A stretch of DNA of 64,000 nt from an uncultured Gammaproteobacteria bacterium (GCA_964537315.1 CAZIAP010000005.1:18669-82668), one strand, 5' to 3'. Shown: positions 49,460 to 59,212, counted from the stretch's first letter. The notes: generated by a model not told the origin, from the sequence alone. A program made the numbers and translations.

Positions 49460-49915
49460 ATGGACAATCAACAAAAATACGAAGAAAAAATTGTACAAAT
49501 TAATAGAGTTTCTAAAAAAACTAAAGGTGGCAATAAAGTAAGGTTTGCCGCTCTTGTAGTTGTGGGTGATAAGCAAGGAAAGGTCGGAGTAGGGCTTGGA
49601 AAGTCAGAAGATGTCTCAAGCGCAATAATTAAGGCAGTTGCGTACGCTAAAAACAGGCTTATTGATGTACCGATCGTAAATGAAACTATCCCTCACAAAG
49701 TGCAGATTAAAGAAGGAGCATCTATTATTATGCTCAAGCCAGCACCACAAGGAACAGGTATTATCGCAGGAGGAGCAGTAAGAAGCGTGGTTGAAGCAGC
49801 AGGAATTAGAAATATATCTTCTAAAATTCTGGGAACTTCAAATAAAGCAAGCAATGTTTATGCAACATTTGAGGCTTTAAGAAAGCTGGGAAAGCAAAAT
49901 GGAGGAGTTAAATAA
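49460..49915 (+). CDS. rpsE: 30S ribosomal protein S5
   Basis: VQINRVSKKTKGGNKVRFAALVVVGDKQGKVGVGLGKS...GTGIIAGGAVRSV. Confidence 0.9.
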   Translation: MDNQQKYEEKIVQINRVSKKTKGGNKVRFAALVVVGDKQGKVGVGLGKSEDVSSAIIKAVAYAKNRLIDVPIVNETIPHKVQIKEGASIIMLKPAPQGTGIIAGGAVRSVVEAAGIRNISSKILGTSNKASNVYATFEALRKLGKQNGGVK

Positions 49916-50355
49916 TGGAATTACATAATTCGGTTAAAATAGTAGATAAGAAACATAAAAGAGTCGGACGGGGACACGGTTCTGGCCGAGGAAAAACAGC
50001 CGGACGTGGAACTAAAGGTCAAAAGGCTCGACGTGATATTAGCTTGTCGTTTGAAGGTGGAGCACTACCATTAATCAAACGTATGCCATTTCTACGTGGT
50101 AAAGGCAGAAATGCTGCAATTAAGGCTCCCGCTGTTGAAATCACTTTGTCAGTACTCAATCAACTTCCGGCAAAAAGCGTGGTGACAAAAGACCTATTAA
50201 TTGAGCATAAAATCATCCAATCCGGAACAAAAAGAGTAAAAGTTATCTCAACTGGTACGATTGAGAATCAATTAACTGTGCAGATACCTGTATCAAAAGG
50301 TGCTCAAGCAGCAATTGAAAAAGTTGGCGGAAAAGTAGAACTAAGTAGCGACTAG
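49915..50355 (+). CDS. rplO: 50S ribosomal protein L15 (abuts S5; no L30 gene between)
   Basis: KRVGRGHGSGRGKTAGRGTKGQKARR. Confidence 0.85.
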   Translation: MELHNSVKIVDKKHKRVGRGHGSGRGKTAGRGTKGQKARRDISLSFEGGALPLIKRMPFLRGKGRNAAIKAPAVEITLSVLNQLPAKSVVTKDLLIEHKIIQSGTKRVKVISTGTIENQLTVQIPVSKGAQAAIEKVGGKVELSSD

Positions 50356-50405
50356 TGTTTAGTTTAAAATGAACTATGTGCTGAACGCTAAACGCTGAAA
50401 AATAT

Positions 50406-51689
50406 ATGGCTTCATTTTTTAGTATCTTTAAGAATAGTATAAAAGATCGGGAGATCCGACGAAAACTTGCCATCACTGCACTACTTTTCCTCGTATTTAG
50501 ATTTTTTGCACACATCCCAGTCTCCGGTGTAAATATCACACAACTACAAGCATTATTTGCGCAAAATCAATTTCTAGGATTACTTGATATCTTCTCAGGA
50601 GGAACAATCTCTAATTTCTCTGTCTTAGCATTGGGCTTGGGACCATATATTTACGCTTCAATCGTGCTGCAACTTCTAACGGTGGTTTATCCAAAATTAG
50701 AAGCGTTATCAAAAGAAGGCGAGTACGGGAGACAGAAAATAAATCAATATACACGTTACTTAACTGTACCTCTCGCATTTATACAGGGTTTTGGTATTTT
50801 TGCTCTTCTAAGATCCCAGAATCTGATTGGCAACTTAGGAGTGATTGAGCTGGCTTCGTTTATCGTTACCTTGGTAGCAGGTACTTTATTTGTAATGTGG
50901 ATAGGAGAATTACTTTCTGAACAAGGAATTGGAAATGGAATTTCTCTACTAATTTTTGCTGGAATTGTAAATAGAATTCCTGTTATTGCAGGTCAGACTA
51001 TCACAACTTTAGGCCAGGCAGATATCATGAATATAGCGCTATTTATTGCTATCGGAGTTATTATGGTAGCAGCTGTGGTCGCAATTAATGAGGCTGTAAG
51101 AAGGGTGCCTATTTTTTATGCACGAAGAGTTAGAGGTTCTCAGTCTGTCTCTGCTCAGTCAACACATCTTCCGTTAAAACTTAACCAAGCTGGAGTTATT
51201 CCAATTATTTTTGCTGTTTCATTTGTGCTACTGCCTTCTATGATGGGAAACTATTTATTGGCAGCCGGAAATGAAACTTTAAATGCGATAGGTCGATTTT
51301 TTGCAACTTACTTTAGTCCGCAGCATCCGGTATATAACATAATTTACTTTTTGATGATTTTTGGCTTTACTTATCTTTATACTGCGATTATTTTCAATCC
51401 CCAGAAAATTTCTGAAGATTTGCAAAAACAAGGTGGTTTTATACCAGGAATTCGTCCAGGTAAACCTACCGCTGCGTTTCTAAACACAATTGTAACTCGT
51501 ATCACGTTTGCTGGCGCACTTTTCTTAGGTATTATTGCTGTATTGCCTAACTTGCTTGGACTATTTACTAATACCCAAAGTCTAATTATTGGAGGTACTA
51601 GCATCCTAATTGTGGTATCGGTAGTGATTGAGACGATTAAAATTCTTGAAGTACAGCGTACTACGCGTAGTTACGATCAGTTTAAATAG
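50406..51689 (+). CDS. secY: Preprotein translocase SecY
   Basis: Ten TM helices, ...[17 protein letters not shown]... and conserved SecY blocks. Confidence 0.9.
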   Translation: MASFFSIFKNSIKDREIRRKLAITALLFLVFRFFAHIPVSGVNITQLQALFAQNQFLGLLDIFSGGTISNFSVLALGLGPYIYASIVLQLLTVVYPKLEALSKEGEYGRQKINQYTRYLTVPLAFIQGFGIFALLRSQNLIGNLGVIELASFIVTLVAGTLFVMWIGELLSEQGIGNGISLLIFAGIVNRIPVIAGQTITTLGQADIMNIALFIAIGVIMVAAVVAINEAVRRVPIFYARRVRGSQSVSAQSTHLPLKLNQAGVIPIIFAVSFVLLPSMMGNYLLAAGNETLNAIGRFFATYFSPQHPVYNIIYFLMIFGFTYLYTAIIFNPQKISEDLQKQGGFIPGIRPGKPTAAFLNTIVTRITFAGALFLGIIAVLPNLLGLFTNTQSLIIGGTSILIVVSVVIETIKILEVQRTTRSYDQFK

Positions 51690-51697
51690 CCACTTGT

Positions 51698-52273
51698 GTG
51701 GATATGGATAGGAAAAAAACATTGAAGATAGTATTAATTGGCATACAGGGATCAGGAAAATCAACACAAGGAAACTTGCTTTCAAAAAAACTCAAGGTTC
51801 CTTATCTTTCTACAGGACATATTCTCCGCGAACTTTCAAAAGAAAAAACCCGACTCGGTAGGTATATTAAAGAGACGATTAATGCAGGTGTTCTTGTGCC
51901 TGATAGTAGAATGATTCCGATTGTTGAAGATTATCTTCGACGAAAAGAGTACGAAGGCGGATATATCCTTGATGGGTTTCCGCGTACTGTAGCACAGGCG
52001 AAAGTATTTAATGGTGATATAGACGCAGTAATATACCTCAATGTTTCTGATAAAGAAGCGCTTTGGCGACTTTCATATCGAGAAGAGGATGAAGAGGAAG
52101 ATAGAGAGGATGCTACTTTGCTTGCAATTCGTAAAAGAATTGAATTGTTTCATGAGTATACTCTCCCCGTTTTAAAATATTACAGAAATAAAGATAAGTT
52201 AATTGAGATTAATGGTGAGCAGGAAATTGAAGAAATTCACAAAGAGATAATGAACAAACTTAAATTTAAGTAA
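51698..52273 (+). CDS. adk: Adenylate kinase (short form, no zinc lid)
   Basis: KIVLIGIQGSGKSTQG...YLSTGHILR...GYILDGFPRT. Confidence 0.8.
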   Translation: MDMDRKKTLKIVLIGIQGSGKSTQGNLLSKKLKVPYLSTGHILRELSKEKTRLGRYIKETINAGVLVPDSRMIPIVEDYLRRKEYEGGYILDGFPRTVAQAKVFNGDIDAVIYLNVSDKEALWRLSYREEDEEEDREDATLLAIRKRIELFHEYTLPVLKYYRNKDKLIEINGEQEIEEIHKEIMNKLKFK

Positions 52274-52992
52274 TGAAAAGAGGATTTGTAATTGCGATAG
52301 ATGGACCGGTCGCGTCAGGAAAAGGCACTGTTGCAAAAAAGCTCTCAAAAACAATAAATGCATTAAATTTTAATTCAGGAGGAGTATATCGGGCTTATGC
52401 AAGCAAGCTCAGAAATCTAGGAGTTTCACCTGATAATGATCAAGAAATCAAAAAATATCTTAAACCTGGTGATGTTGAAATCACTATAGATCAAGCAAGG
52501 AAAGATGAATTTATTATTACATTAAACGGAATTGATGTAACTGAAACCTTGTTTACTCCTGAAATCTCAATGGCAGCATCTGATTTTGGAAAAAGCCGTG
52601 TGTTCGTTGAGTTTATTAGCTCTGAATTGCGAAGAATTGCAAAAAAATATGAGAGTTCGGGATTTAGTATAATTATGGAAGGACGGCAAATTGGAGTAGA
52701 CGTTTTTCCAGATGCTGATGTAAAGCTTTTTTTGACCGCTGACCTGAAGACTCGTGCGAAAAGAAGACACACTCAGTACCAGTTAAAACAGATTGATAAG
52801 GTTTATAGCGAGGTGGAAAAAGAAACACATTTACGGGATAAGCAAGATATGAACCGTGAGTACGGTGCTCTACCCCGTAATCCGGAAAAACTGGATTATG
52901 ATATTATAGATAACTCTAACCTAAGTGAACAAGAAACGCTTAGCAAGATACTAAAAGTATTAGAAAAAAAAGGTATATGGAAAAAAAATTAG
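52273..52992 (+). CDS. cmk: Cytidylate kinase
   Basis: IAIDGPVASGKGTVAKKLSK...SGGVYR...MEGRQIGVDVFPDADVKLFLTADLKTRAKRR. Confidence 0.8.
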   Translation: MKRGFVIAIDGPVASGKGTVAKKLSKTINALNFNSGGVYRAYASKLRNLGVSPDNDQEIKKYLKPGDVEITIDQARKDEFIITLNGIDVTETLFTPEISMAASDFGKSRVFVEFISSELRRIAKKYESSGFSIIMEGRQIGVDVFPDADVKLFLTADLKTRAKRRHTQYQLKQIDKVYSEVEKETHLRDKQDMNREYGALPRNPEKLDYDIIDNSNLSEQETLSKILKVLEKKGIWKKN

Positions 52993-53783
52993 AACAAAAA
53001 ATTGAAGCAATGAGTAAGGCAGGCGAGATACTCGGAGCTGCATTGGATGATGCACTAAAACATGCAAAGCCGGGAGTTACCGAGCTTGAGCTTAACGACA
53101 TCGTTGATAAATTTATTACTAAGCATGGTGGCTTTCCGGGTTTTAAGAAAGTTCCAGGATACAAACACGCGATCTGTGCCTGTACAAATGATGTGGTAGT
53201 GCACGGAATTCCAAAAGATAGAATCCTTAAAAAAGGAGATATCATATGTATAGACACAGGAGTATTTTTAGATGGCTACCATACTGATATGGGAGAAACA
53301 ATCAAAGTGGGGGAAGGGGTAGTAGATACCAAAGAGGATACTGACGAAGTTGGTAGATTCCTTTCAGTTGGTAAAAGGACTATGTGGAAAGCGATTGAGC
53401 AGGCTATCCCAGGAAACAGGGTAGGTCATATTTCTCAAGTTATTCAGCAAAATGTAGAAAGTGCTGGATACTCAGTGGTTAGAAATCTAGTCGGACATGG
53501 AGTGGGAAAGACTCTGCATGAAAAGCCTGAAATCCCTGGCATTTTATCACAAAGTATAGACAAGACTCCTTTAATCAAATCAGGAATGACTTTGGCGATT
53601 GAGGTAATTTATAATATGGGTGAACCGGACGTGGAGTACGATGGGGAAGACGGCTGGACGATTTTAACCTCAGATGGATCACTCTCTGCAGTGTTTGAAC
53701 GGACAATTTTAGTGAGTGATAATGGGCCTATATTGTTGACAAAACTTCCTTCGGACGAGGCTACCAGAACACTGGAGTTATAG
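52977..53783 (+). CDS. map: Methionine aminopeptidase type I
   Basis: ...HGIP...DIICIDTGVFLDGYHTD...VGHGVGKTLHEKPEIP...AIEVIY (conserved metal ligands). Confidence 0.85.
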   Translation: MEKKLEQKIEAMSKAGEILGAALDDALKHAKPGVTELELNDIVDKFITKHGGFPGFKKVPGYKHAICACTNDVVVHGIPKDRILKKGDIICIDTGVFLDGYHTDMGETIKVGEGVVDTKEDTDEVGRFLSVGKRTMWKAIEQAIPGNRVGHISQVIQQNVESAGYSVVRNLVGHGVGKTLHEKPEIPGILSQSIDKTPLIKSGMTLAIEVIYNMGEPDVEYDGEDGWTILTSDGSLSAVFERTILVSDNGPILLTKLPSDEATRTLEL

Positions 53784-53858
53784 TATTGATTACAGGTAAG
53801 AAATCTGTTAGAATAACTCATCCCAGTATAGTAGGGTAGTTTTTTGTGGGGTTAATGT

Positions 53859-54077
53859 ATGGTACATCAAGGTGCGATTGAAATTGACGGAGTAGTAAAG
53901 GAAGTGTTGCCAAATACATTATTTAGAGTTGAGGTTGAAGGTGGACATGAGGTTTTATGTCATTTGTCAGGAAAAATGAGAATTCATTTCATTAAAATCC
54001 TCCCGGGTGATAAAGTAAAAGTTGAGATTACACCTTACGATAAAACAAAAGGAAGAATAACTTATCGAATGAGATAA
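53859..54077 (+). CDS. infA: Translation initiation factor IF-1
   Basis: [64 protein letters not shown]. Confidence 0.9.
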   Translation: MVHQGAIEIDGVVKEVLPNTLFRVEVEGGHEVLCHLSGKMRIHFIKILPGDKVKVEITPYDKTKGRITYRMR

Positions 54078-54184
54078 AATAAAAAGTTAAAAGTGAGAAG
54101 TCAAAAACACAATTAAAAATTAAGAAGTTTTGACTTTTGAGTTGTAACTTTGAGTTTTGAATTTTAATTTTTAAATTAACTATC

Positions 54185-54574
54185 ATGCGTTTAGTAGGAG
54201 TAAATATACCGGACAACAAAAGAATAGATATAGCACTGACCTATATATATGGAGTAGGGCGTACAAACGTGTATAAAATCTTAGAAACTGCTGGTATTGA
54301 TCCTGCAACTCGTAGTCATACTCTTAAAGAAGATGATTTGGGTCGTTTACAAAAAGCGCTTGAAGAATACAAGATAGAGGGTGATTTACGCGCTGAAATA
54401 TTTGAAAATACAAAACGATTAAGAGAGATTTCAAGCTACAGAGGGATCCGACACACACGTGGTCTTCCTGTACGCGGACAGAGAACCAGATCTAATGCAC
54501 GTACAAAAAGAGGTAAGCGTGTAACTATCGGTGCTATCAGAAAAGAAGTTGCAGAGAGAATGGGAGTTAAATAA
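54185..54574 (+). CDS. rpsM: 30S ribosomal protein S13
   Basis: [27 protein letters not shown]...[23 protein letters not shown]. Confidence 0.9.
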   Translation: MRLVGVNIPDNKRIDIALTYIYGVGRTNVYKILETAGIDPATRSHTLKEDDLGRLQKALEEYKIEGDLRAEIFENTKRLREISSYRGIRHTRGLPVRGQRTRSNARTKRGKRVTIGAIRKEVAERMGVK

Positions 54575-54575
54575 T

Positions 54576-54977
54576 ATGGCAAAACCACGAGCTGCTAAAA
54601 GAATTACAAAAAAACAAAAACAAATGGTTACAACTGGTGCTGGGCGAGTGTATGTCAGCACAACCTTCAATAACACCATTGTTACAGTTACCAACGAAAA
54701 AGGCGATGCAGTTGCTTGGAGTAGTGCAGGAGCTGCAGGTTTCAAAGGAGCAAGAAAGTCAACTCCATATGCCTCAACTTCAGTAGTCGAAGACGCAATC
54801 AAAAAAGCACGTGAAGTAGGAGTAAACTCTGTTGAAGTATATATTAAAGGTCCGGGAGTAGGAAGAGACGCAGCTCTACGTGCAATTAGAAACTCAGGTA
54901 TGGCAATTGCGATGATAGCAGATATAACTCCGATTCCACATAATGGACCAAGACCTAAGAAGAAAAGAAGAAATTAA
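54576..54977 (+). CDS. rpsK: 30S ribosomal protein S11
   Basis: Start adjusted to MAKPRAAKR. ...[36 protein letters not shown]... Confidence 0.9.
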   Translation: MAKPRAAKRITKKQKQMVTTGAGRVYVSTTFNNTIVTVTNEKGDAVAWSSAGAAGFKGARKSTPYASTSVVEDAIKKAREVGVNSVEVYIKGPGVGRDAALRAIRNSGMAIAMIADITPIPHNGPRPKKKRRN

Positions 54978-54987
54978 GTATTAAAAT

Positions 54988-55593
54988 ATGGCACGATATA
55001 CAGGACCAAAACATAAATTATCAAGAAGAGAGGGCGTAAACCTTACAGGGAAAATGTCTCAGTCTCTCGATAGAAGATTAACCAATCCTCCGGGAGGAAT
55101 AAATCGTCGTGGACGTCCACGTAAAATGTCAGAGTATGGAATTCAGTTGCGAGAAAAGCAAAAACTTAAGAGAATATATGGTCTCCTTGAAAAACAGTTC
55201 TCACGATATGTAGATGAAGCATCTAGATTACCAGGCAATACAGAAGAACTATTAGTTCAGTTGCTTGAATCACGTCTCGATAATATAGTGTATCGTATGG
55301 GATTTGCCAACTCACGAGCTCAGGCGCGTCAGTATGTGTCTCATGGACACATTTCAGTAAATGATCAAAAAATTAGTATTCCTTCCTACCGTGTAAAAGA
55401 AGGGGATGTAGTCTCACTTCGCTCAAAGCTTGCGGATCTTGATTTTATAAAAACTAAGCTTACAGAGGAAGAATCGATGACCGATTTTGTAAAACGAACC
55501 AAAGATAAAGGGCAGGTTTTACGCATGCCAACACGTGATGAAGTAGCAAATCCTGTAGATTACGCTTTGGTTGTTGAATTTTACTCAAGATAA
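54988..55593 (+). CDS. rpsD: 30S ribosomal protein S4
   Basis: MARYTGPKHKLSRREG...SEYGIQLREKQKLKRIYG...LESRLDN and S4 RNA-binding domain. Confidence 0.9.
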   Translation: MARYTGPKHKLSRREGVNLTGKMSQSLDRRLTNPPGGINRRGRPRKMSEYGIQLREKQKLKRIYGLLEKQFSRYVDEASRLPGNTEELLVQLLESRLDNIVYRMGFANSRAQARQYVSHGHISVNDQKISIPSYRVKEGDVVSLRSKLADLDFIKTKLTEEESMTDFVKRTKDKGQVLRMPTRDEVANPVDYALVVEFYSR

Positions 55594-55669
55594 TAGTACA
55601 ATAGTGTTCTGTGAGCCTTAAACGGCATTAATATGTGTGTGGCTTGCAGAGAATTTTTTAAAAAATATT

Positions 55670-56608
55670 ATGATTGAACCAAATTTTAAAGTTATAGAAG
55701 AGGCACAAGACGGAGTATATACTCGTTTCGTTGTTGAGCCTCTAGAGCCAGGTTTCGGACACACCTTGGGTGTAGCTCTACGTAGAGTTATGCTAAATAA
55801 TATTGAAGGTGCAGCTGTTACATCCGTTAAAATTGATGGCGTTAAACATATGTTTTCTACGCTTCCTGGTCTTAAGGAAGATATAATCGAACTTATTCTC
55901 AACATTAAAACTTTACAAGTAAAACTAGCAGAAGGTCAGAATGAAGCAAGAATGACCCTTGCAAAAACAGGTCCTGGAAAAGTTCTTGCAAAAGATATTG
56001 AAGTAACTGAAGGTGTAGAGATTGTAGATCCTGAACATTATTTGGGAAGTCTCGCAGATAAAAATTCCAAACTGGAGATTGAGTTCACAGTTGAGAGAGG
56101 ACTCGGATACTCACTTTCAGAAGAGAGAAAAGTTTCAACTGTTGGTGTTATTCCAATTGACGCTATTTTTTCACCAATTCAAAAAGTAAATTATAAAGTA
56201 GAACAGACTCGTGTTGGACGTCAGACTAACTATGACAAAGTAATTTTTGAAGTCTGGACAGATGGAACAGTTAATGCTCGTGAAGCATTGGATGAATCAA
56301 GCAGAATATTAGTATCATATTTCTCTACGATTACTCAGCCAAAAGAAGCAGGAAACGCTGAATTGTCATCAGAAGATGCAGGAGTTGCAGCAACATCTGA
56401 GATTTCTGACGATCTTATGAGAATGACAGTTGACGAACTTGATCTACCTACAAGAATTTATAATAGTCTTCGAAATGCAGGCATAGAAACTGTAGGAGAC
56501 ATGTTAAATACTCCTAGAAAAGAACTTATGACGTATAGAAACCTAGGTGCAAAATCACTTTCAATAATTGACGAAAGCCTGGCAGAAAAAGGAATTACAT
56601 ATAACTAA
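55670..56608 (+). CDS. rpoA: DNA-directed RNA polymerase alpha subunit
   Basis: Start adjusted to MIEPNFKV. ...EPLEPGFGHTLGVALRRVML... and C-terminal domain with DELDLPTRIYNSLRNAGIETVGDM. Confidence 0.9.
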   Translation: MIEPNFKVIEEAQDGVYTRFVVEPLEPGFGHTLGVALRRVMLNNIEGAAVTSVKIDGVKHMFSTLPGLKEDIIELILNIKTLQVKLAEGQNEARMTLAKTGPGKVLAKDIEVTEGVEIVDPEHYLGSLADKNSKLEIEFTVERGLGYSLSEERKVSTVGVIPIDAIFSPIQKVNYKVEQTRVGRQTNYDKVIFEVWTDGTVNAREALDESSRILVSYFSTITQPKEAGNAELSSEDAGVAATSEISDDLMRMTVDELDLPTRIYNSLRNAGIETVGDMLNTPRKELMTYRNLGAKSLSIIDESLAEKGITYN

Positions 56609-56635
56609 TTCCTGCACAAAAAATATACGAACTAT

Positions 56636-56662
56636 ATGCGTCGAGGCTGACGCATTTTTTGT
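56636..56662 (+). terminator. Rho-independent terminator or attenuator between rpoA and rplQ
   Basis: ATGCGT-CGAGGCTG-ACGCAT followed by TTTTTGTT. Confidence 0.5.
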
Positions 56663-56676
56663 TAAAAGGGGATAAT

Positions 56677-57189
56677 ATGAGAAAGAAAATATTTGGTAGA
56701 AGATTTAAACGAGACATAAATCAGCGAAAAGCGTTATTTCGCAGTTTAATGCGTGAGCTTGTATTACAGGAGCGAATTAAAACTACTGAGGCTAAGGCAA
56801 AATCTATTAAAGCCGAAGTAGAAAAGCACGTAACAAAAGCAAAAGTTCAAGGAGACGCAGCACGGGTACATTTAATGCGTACTTTTAACCATGATGTGGT
56901 TGATAAAATTGTAACCGATCTGGCTCCTCGTTTTGCAGAACGTCCAGGAGGATATACACGAATTATTCGTCTCGGAAACAGAACCAAGGATAACGCTCCA
57001 ATGGTTTACATTGAATGGGTTGAGAAATCAAGTGTAGTATCTGAGCCAAAAACAAAAAAAAGAGCTAAAAAAGAAGTGAGTGAAAAAACATCTTCAGAGG
57101 TTAAAGCTGCTAAAGTTAAGGAAAATAAAGAAGAAAAAACAACTAAAAAACCAGCAAAAAAAGCTGCAGTAAAGAAAGAGGATAAATAA
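56677..57189 (+). CDS. rplQ: 50S ribosomal protein L17 with Lys-rich C-terminal extension
   Basis: Start adjusted to MRKKIFGRR (GGGGA RBS). ...RKALFRSLMRELVLQERIKTT... About 50-aa K/E/A tail. Confidence 0.85.
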   Translation: MRKKIFGRRFKRDINQRKALFRSLMRELVLQERIKTTEAKAKSIKAEVEKHVTKAKVQGDAARVHLMRTFNHDVVDKIVTDLAPRFAERPGGYTRIIRLGNRTKDNAPMVYIEWVEKSSVVSEPKTKKRAKKEVSEKTSSEVKAAKVKENKEEKTTKKPAKKAAVKKEDK

Positions 57190-57191
57190 CT

Positions 57192-57623
57192 ATGAAAACA
57201 ACTACACCAACAAAAGAAAGTCAGATCGAGCGCAGTTGGCACGTTATTGATCTAAAAGATCAAACACTCGGTCGTGCAGCTACAAAAATAGCAGAACTGC
57301 TAATGGGAAAAAATAAAACATATTTTGTTCGCAATTTAGATTGCGGAGATCATGTAGTTGTTACAAATGCGAAAGACTTTATCGTGACTGGTAATAAAGA
57401 AAACGCAAAACTGTATACAAGATACTCAGGGTTTCCAGGTGGTTTAAAAAAAGAAACTTTAGGAAGACTAAGAGACCGTAAACCAGAGGAAGCTATAAGA
57501 CATGCTGTTTCAGGCATGTTGCCAAAGAATAGGCTGCGTGATAAAATGCTCAAACGTTTACATGTATATGTAGATGAAAATCATCCGTACGAAGATAAAG
57601 TTAAAAAGGAGGAAGCTAAGTAA
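57192..57623 (+). CDS. rplM: 50S ribosomal protein L13
   Basis: ERSWHVIDLKDQTLGRAATKIAELLMGKNK...DHVVVTNA. Confidence 0.9.
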   Translation: MKTTTPTKESQIERSWHVIDLKDQTLGRAATKIAELLMGKNKTYFVRNLDCGDHVVVTNAKDFIVTGNKENAKLYTRYSGFPGGLKKETLGRLRDRKPEEAIRHAVSGMLPKNRLRDKMLKRLHVYVDENHPYEDKVKKEEAK

Positions 57624-57691
57624 AATAACTACTAACTAATTTCTAATGACAAATTAGGAATTAAGAATTAGGACTTAGAAATTTTAAATAT
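57624..57691. repeat. Intergenic repeat copy (CTAATTTCTAATGACAAATTAGGAATTAAGAATTAGGACTTAGAAATTT)
   Basis: About 85% identical to 46342..46408. Contains the 7-bp inverted repeat CTAATTT...AAATTAG. Confidence 0.6.
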
Positions 57692-58159
57692 ATGGCAAAA
57701 GCAGATATAAAACAAACAAAAACAGCTTCATCATTTACCTATGCCGTCGGTCGTCGCAAGGAATCTGTTGCTCGTGTTCGTGTTTATAATCCACAAGGAA
57801 ATACTATTTCTGTATTCAACAATGAATATAAAACTGGAGATTTAGTAATTAATGGTAAGCAGGCAGCTGAATATTTCCGATTTAAAACCTATGCGCCTAA
57901 GTATAAAAAAATCTTTGAAGTAACCGATACATTGGGAAAATATTTTATCTCAGTAAAGGTTGTGGGCGGAGGACTCGGTGGACAACTGGACGCGATGCTC
58001 CATGGAATTGCTAGAGCATTCGATAAAATAGACTCTGAAAAGTACCATAGCCTTCTTAAGGAACATGGTTATTTGACCCGCGATCCGCGAACCAGAGAAA
58101 GACGCAAAGTTGGTACCGGTGGTAAAGCTCGACGACAAAAGCAAAGTCCAAAACGATAG
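57692..58159 (+). CDS. rpsI: 30S ribosomal protein S9
   Basis: ...GGGLGGQLDAMLHGIARA...RDPRTRERRKVGTGGKARR. Confidence 0.9.
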   Translation: MAKADIKQTKTASSFTYAVGRRKESVARVRVYNPQGNTISVFNNEYKTGDLVINGKQAAEYFRFKTYAPKYKKIFEVTDTLGKYFISVKVVGGGLGGQLDAMLHGIARAFDKIDSEKYHSLLKEHGYLTRDPRTRERRKVGTGGKARRQKQSPKR

Positions 58160-58218
58160 TTTTGAGCGCAGTACTTAGCTTGTCGAAGTACAATCTCCTA
58201 AGCGATAGAAGTTACTAT

Positions 58219-58695
58219 TCACTTATTTTCTTTCAGAATTTTACTAATCACATCCCAACTAAATCCTTTACGTTGTAAAAATCCAGTTACTTTTTTCGTG
58301 TACTCATCTCCGCTATATTTTTCAAACATTCTGCGCTTGCGCTCTAAATATTCTTTTGCTGTCTCGTAATCGTCTTTGGCTGTACTGACCGCTTTATCTA
58401 CAGTATCTCGCTCAACTCCTTTTTCAGAAAGCTCTCTTTTAATGACATATTTACTTTTTCCGCGAAAAGTTTGTCTTTGTTCTGTCCACCACTCAGCAAA
58501 CTCTTCGTCGTTAAGTAACTTATCTTCTTTTAATTTTTCGATGACTTGATTAATAATCATCGGATCAAACTGCTTTCTGACCAGCCTATCACGAATTTCT
58601 TTTTCACTTCTAGGTCTATAGGTGAGTAGTCTTAGCGCACGGGTATAGGCTTTAAGCACCTCGATCTTAACCTTTTCCACATCATTATAATCCAT
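58219..58695 (-). CDS. recX: RecA regulator RecX
   Basis: LKAYTRALRLLTYRPRSEKEIRDRL and three-repeat helical architecture. Adjacent to recA. Confidence 0.75.
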   Translation of the reverse strand: MDYNDVEKVKIEVLKAYTRALRLLTYRPRSEKEIRDRLVRKQFDPMIINQVIEKLKEDKLLNDEEFAEWWTEQRQTFRGKSKYVIKRELSEKGVERDTVDKAVSTAKDDYETAKEYLERKRRMFEKYSGDEYTKKVTGFLQRKGFSWDVISKILKENK

Positions 58696-58731
58696 ACTTA
58701 TGAAATTGTCTCAGTAGACTAGACTACAATA

Positions 58732-59142
58732 CTATCGTTTTACATCCTTTCTTTTAAAACCAGAGTATGACTTTTTTTTAAATATCAACTCTGATCCACC
58801 TGTCAAGTGATGTTTCTTCTTGTTATAAACTTTTTCTACTTTCTTTCCACGTTCTTCTATAAGTTCAAAACATAATGGATAAGATTCCATGCTTTTATTT
58901 ACTAATGTAATTGTATTTTTACCTACATGGAGAAGTTGAGTAATTTCCTCAAGAGTGAGATTATTCTTTATACATTTTGCAATAATAATACGTCGACCAA
59001 TTTTTACCATCTCATCACTAGTAAAAATTCCATTAAGTATCTGGTTAACTTCTTCTCCATCTTTTGCGGCAAGAAGAACATTTCGAAGCTGGTTTAATGC
59101 TTCGTTGATATCTTCTTGGTTAAGGAAGCTATATCGTTTCAT
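58732..59142 (-). CDS. YerC/YecD-like (TrpR-fold) HTH protein
   Basis: EEVNQILNGIFTSDEMVKIGRRIIIAKCIKNNLTLEEITQLLHVGKNTITLVNKS aligns with the YerC pattern (EECYQFFDDLCT..E...A.R...A..L......Y..I....G.S.ATISRV.R). Confidence 0.5.
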   Translation of the reverse strand: MKRYSFLNQEDINEALNQLRNVLLAAKDGEEVNQILNGIFTSDEMVKIGRRIIIAKCIKNNLTLEEITQLLHVGKNTITLVNKSMESYPLCFELIEERGKKVEKVYNKKKHHLTGGSELIFKKKSYSGFKRKDVKR

Positions 59143-59212
59143 GTATAGTTCAGTAGTCTAGTCTACGAAACTAAAAAGTTATAAATGTCTAAATATATTT
59201 TATTGTATATAT

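Noticed and set aside
55618-55905. 95-aa minus-strand ORF overlapping the rpoA start
   Set aside because: Antisense to rpoA. It also led the ORF track to over-extend the rpoA N-terminus (MWLAENFLKNI is probably not translated).
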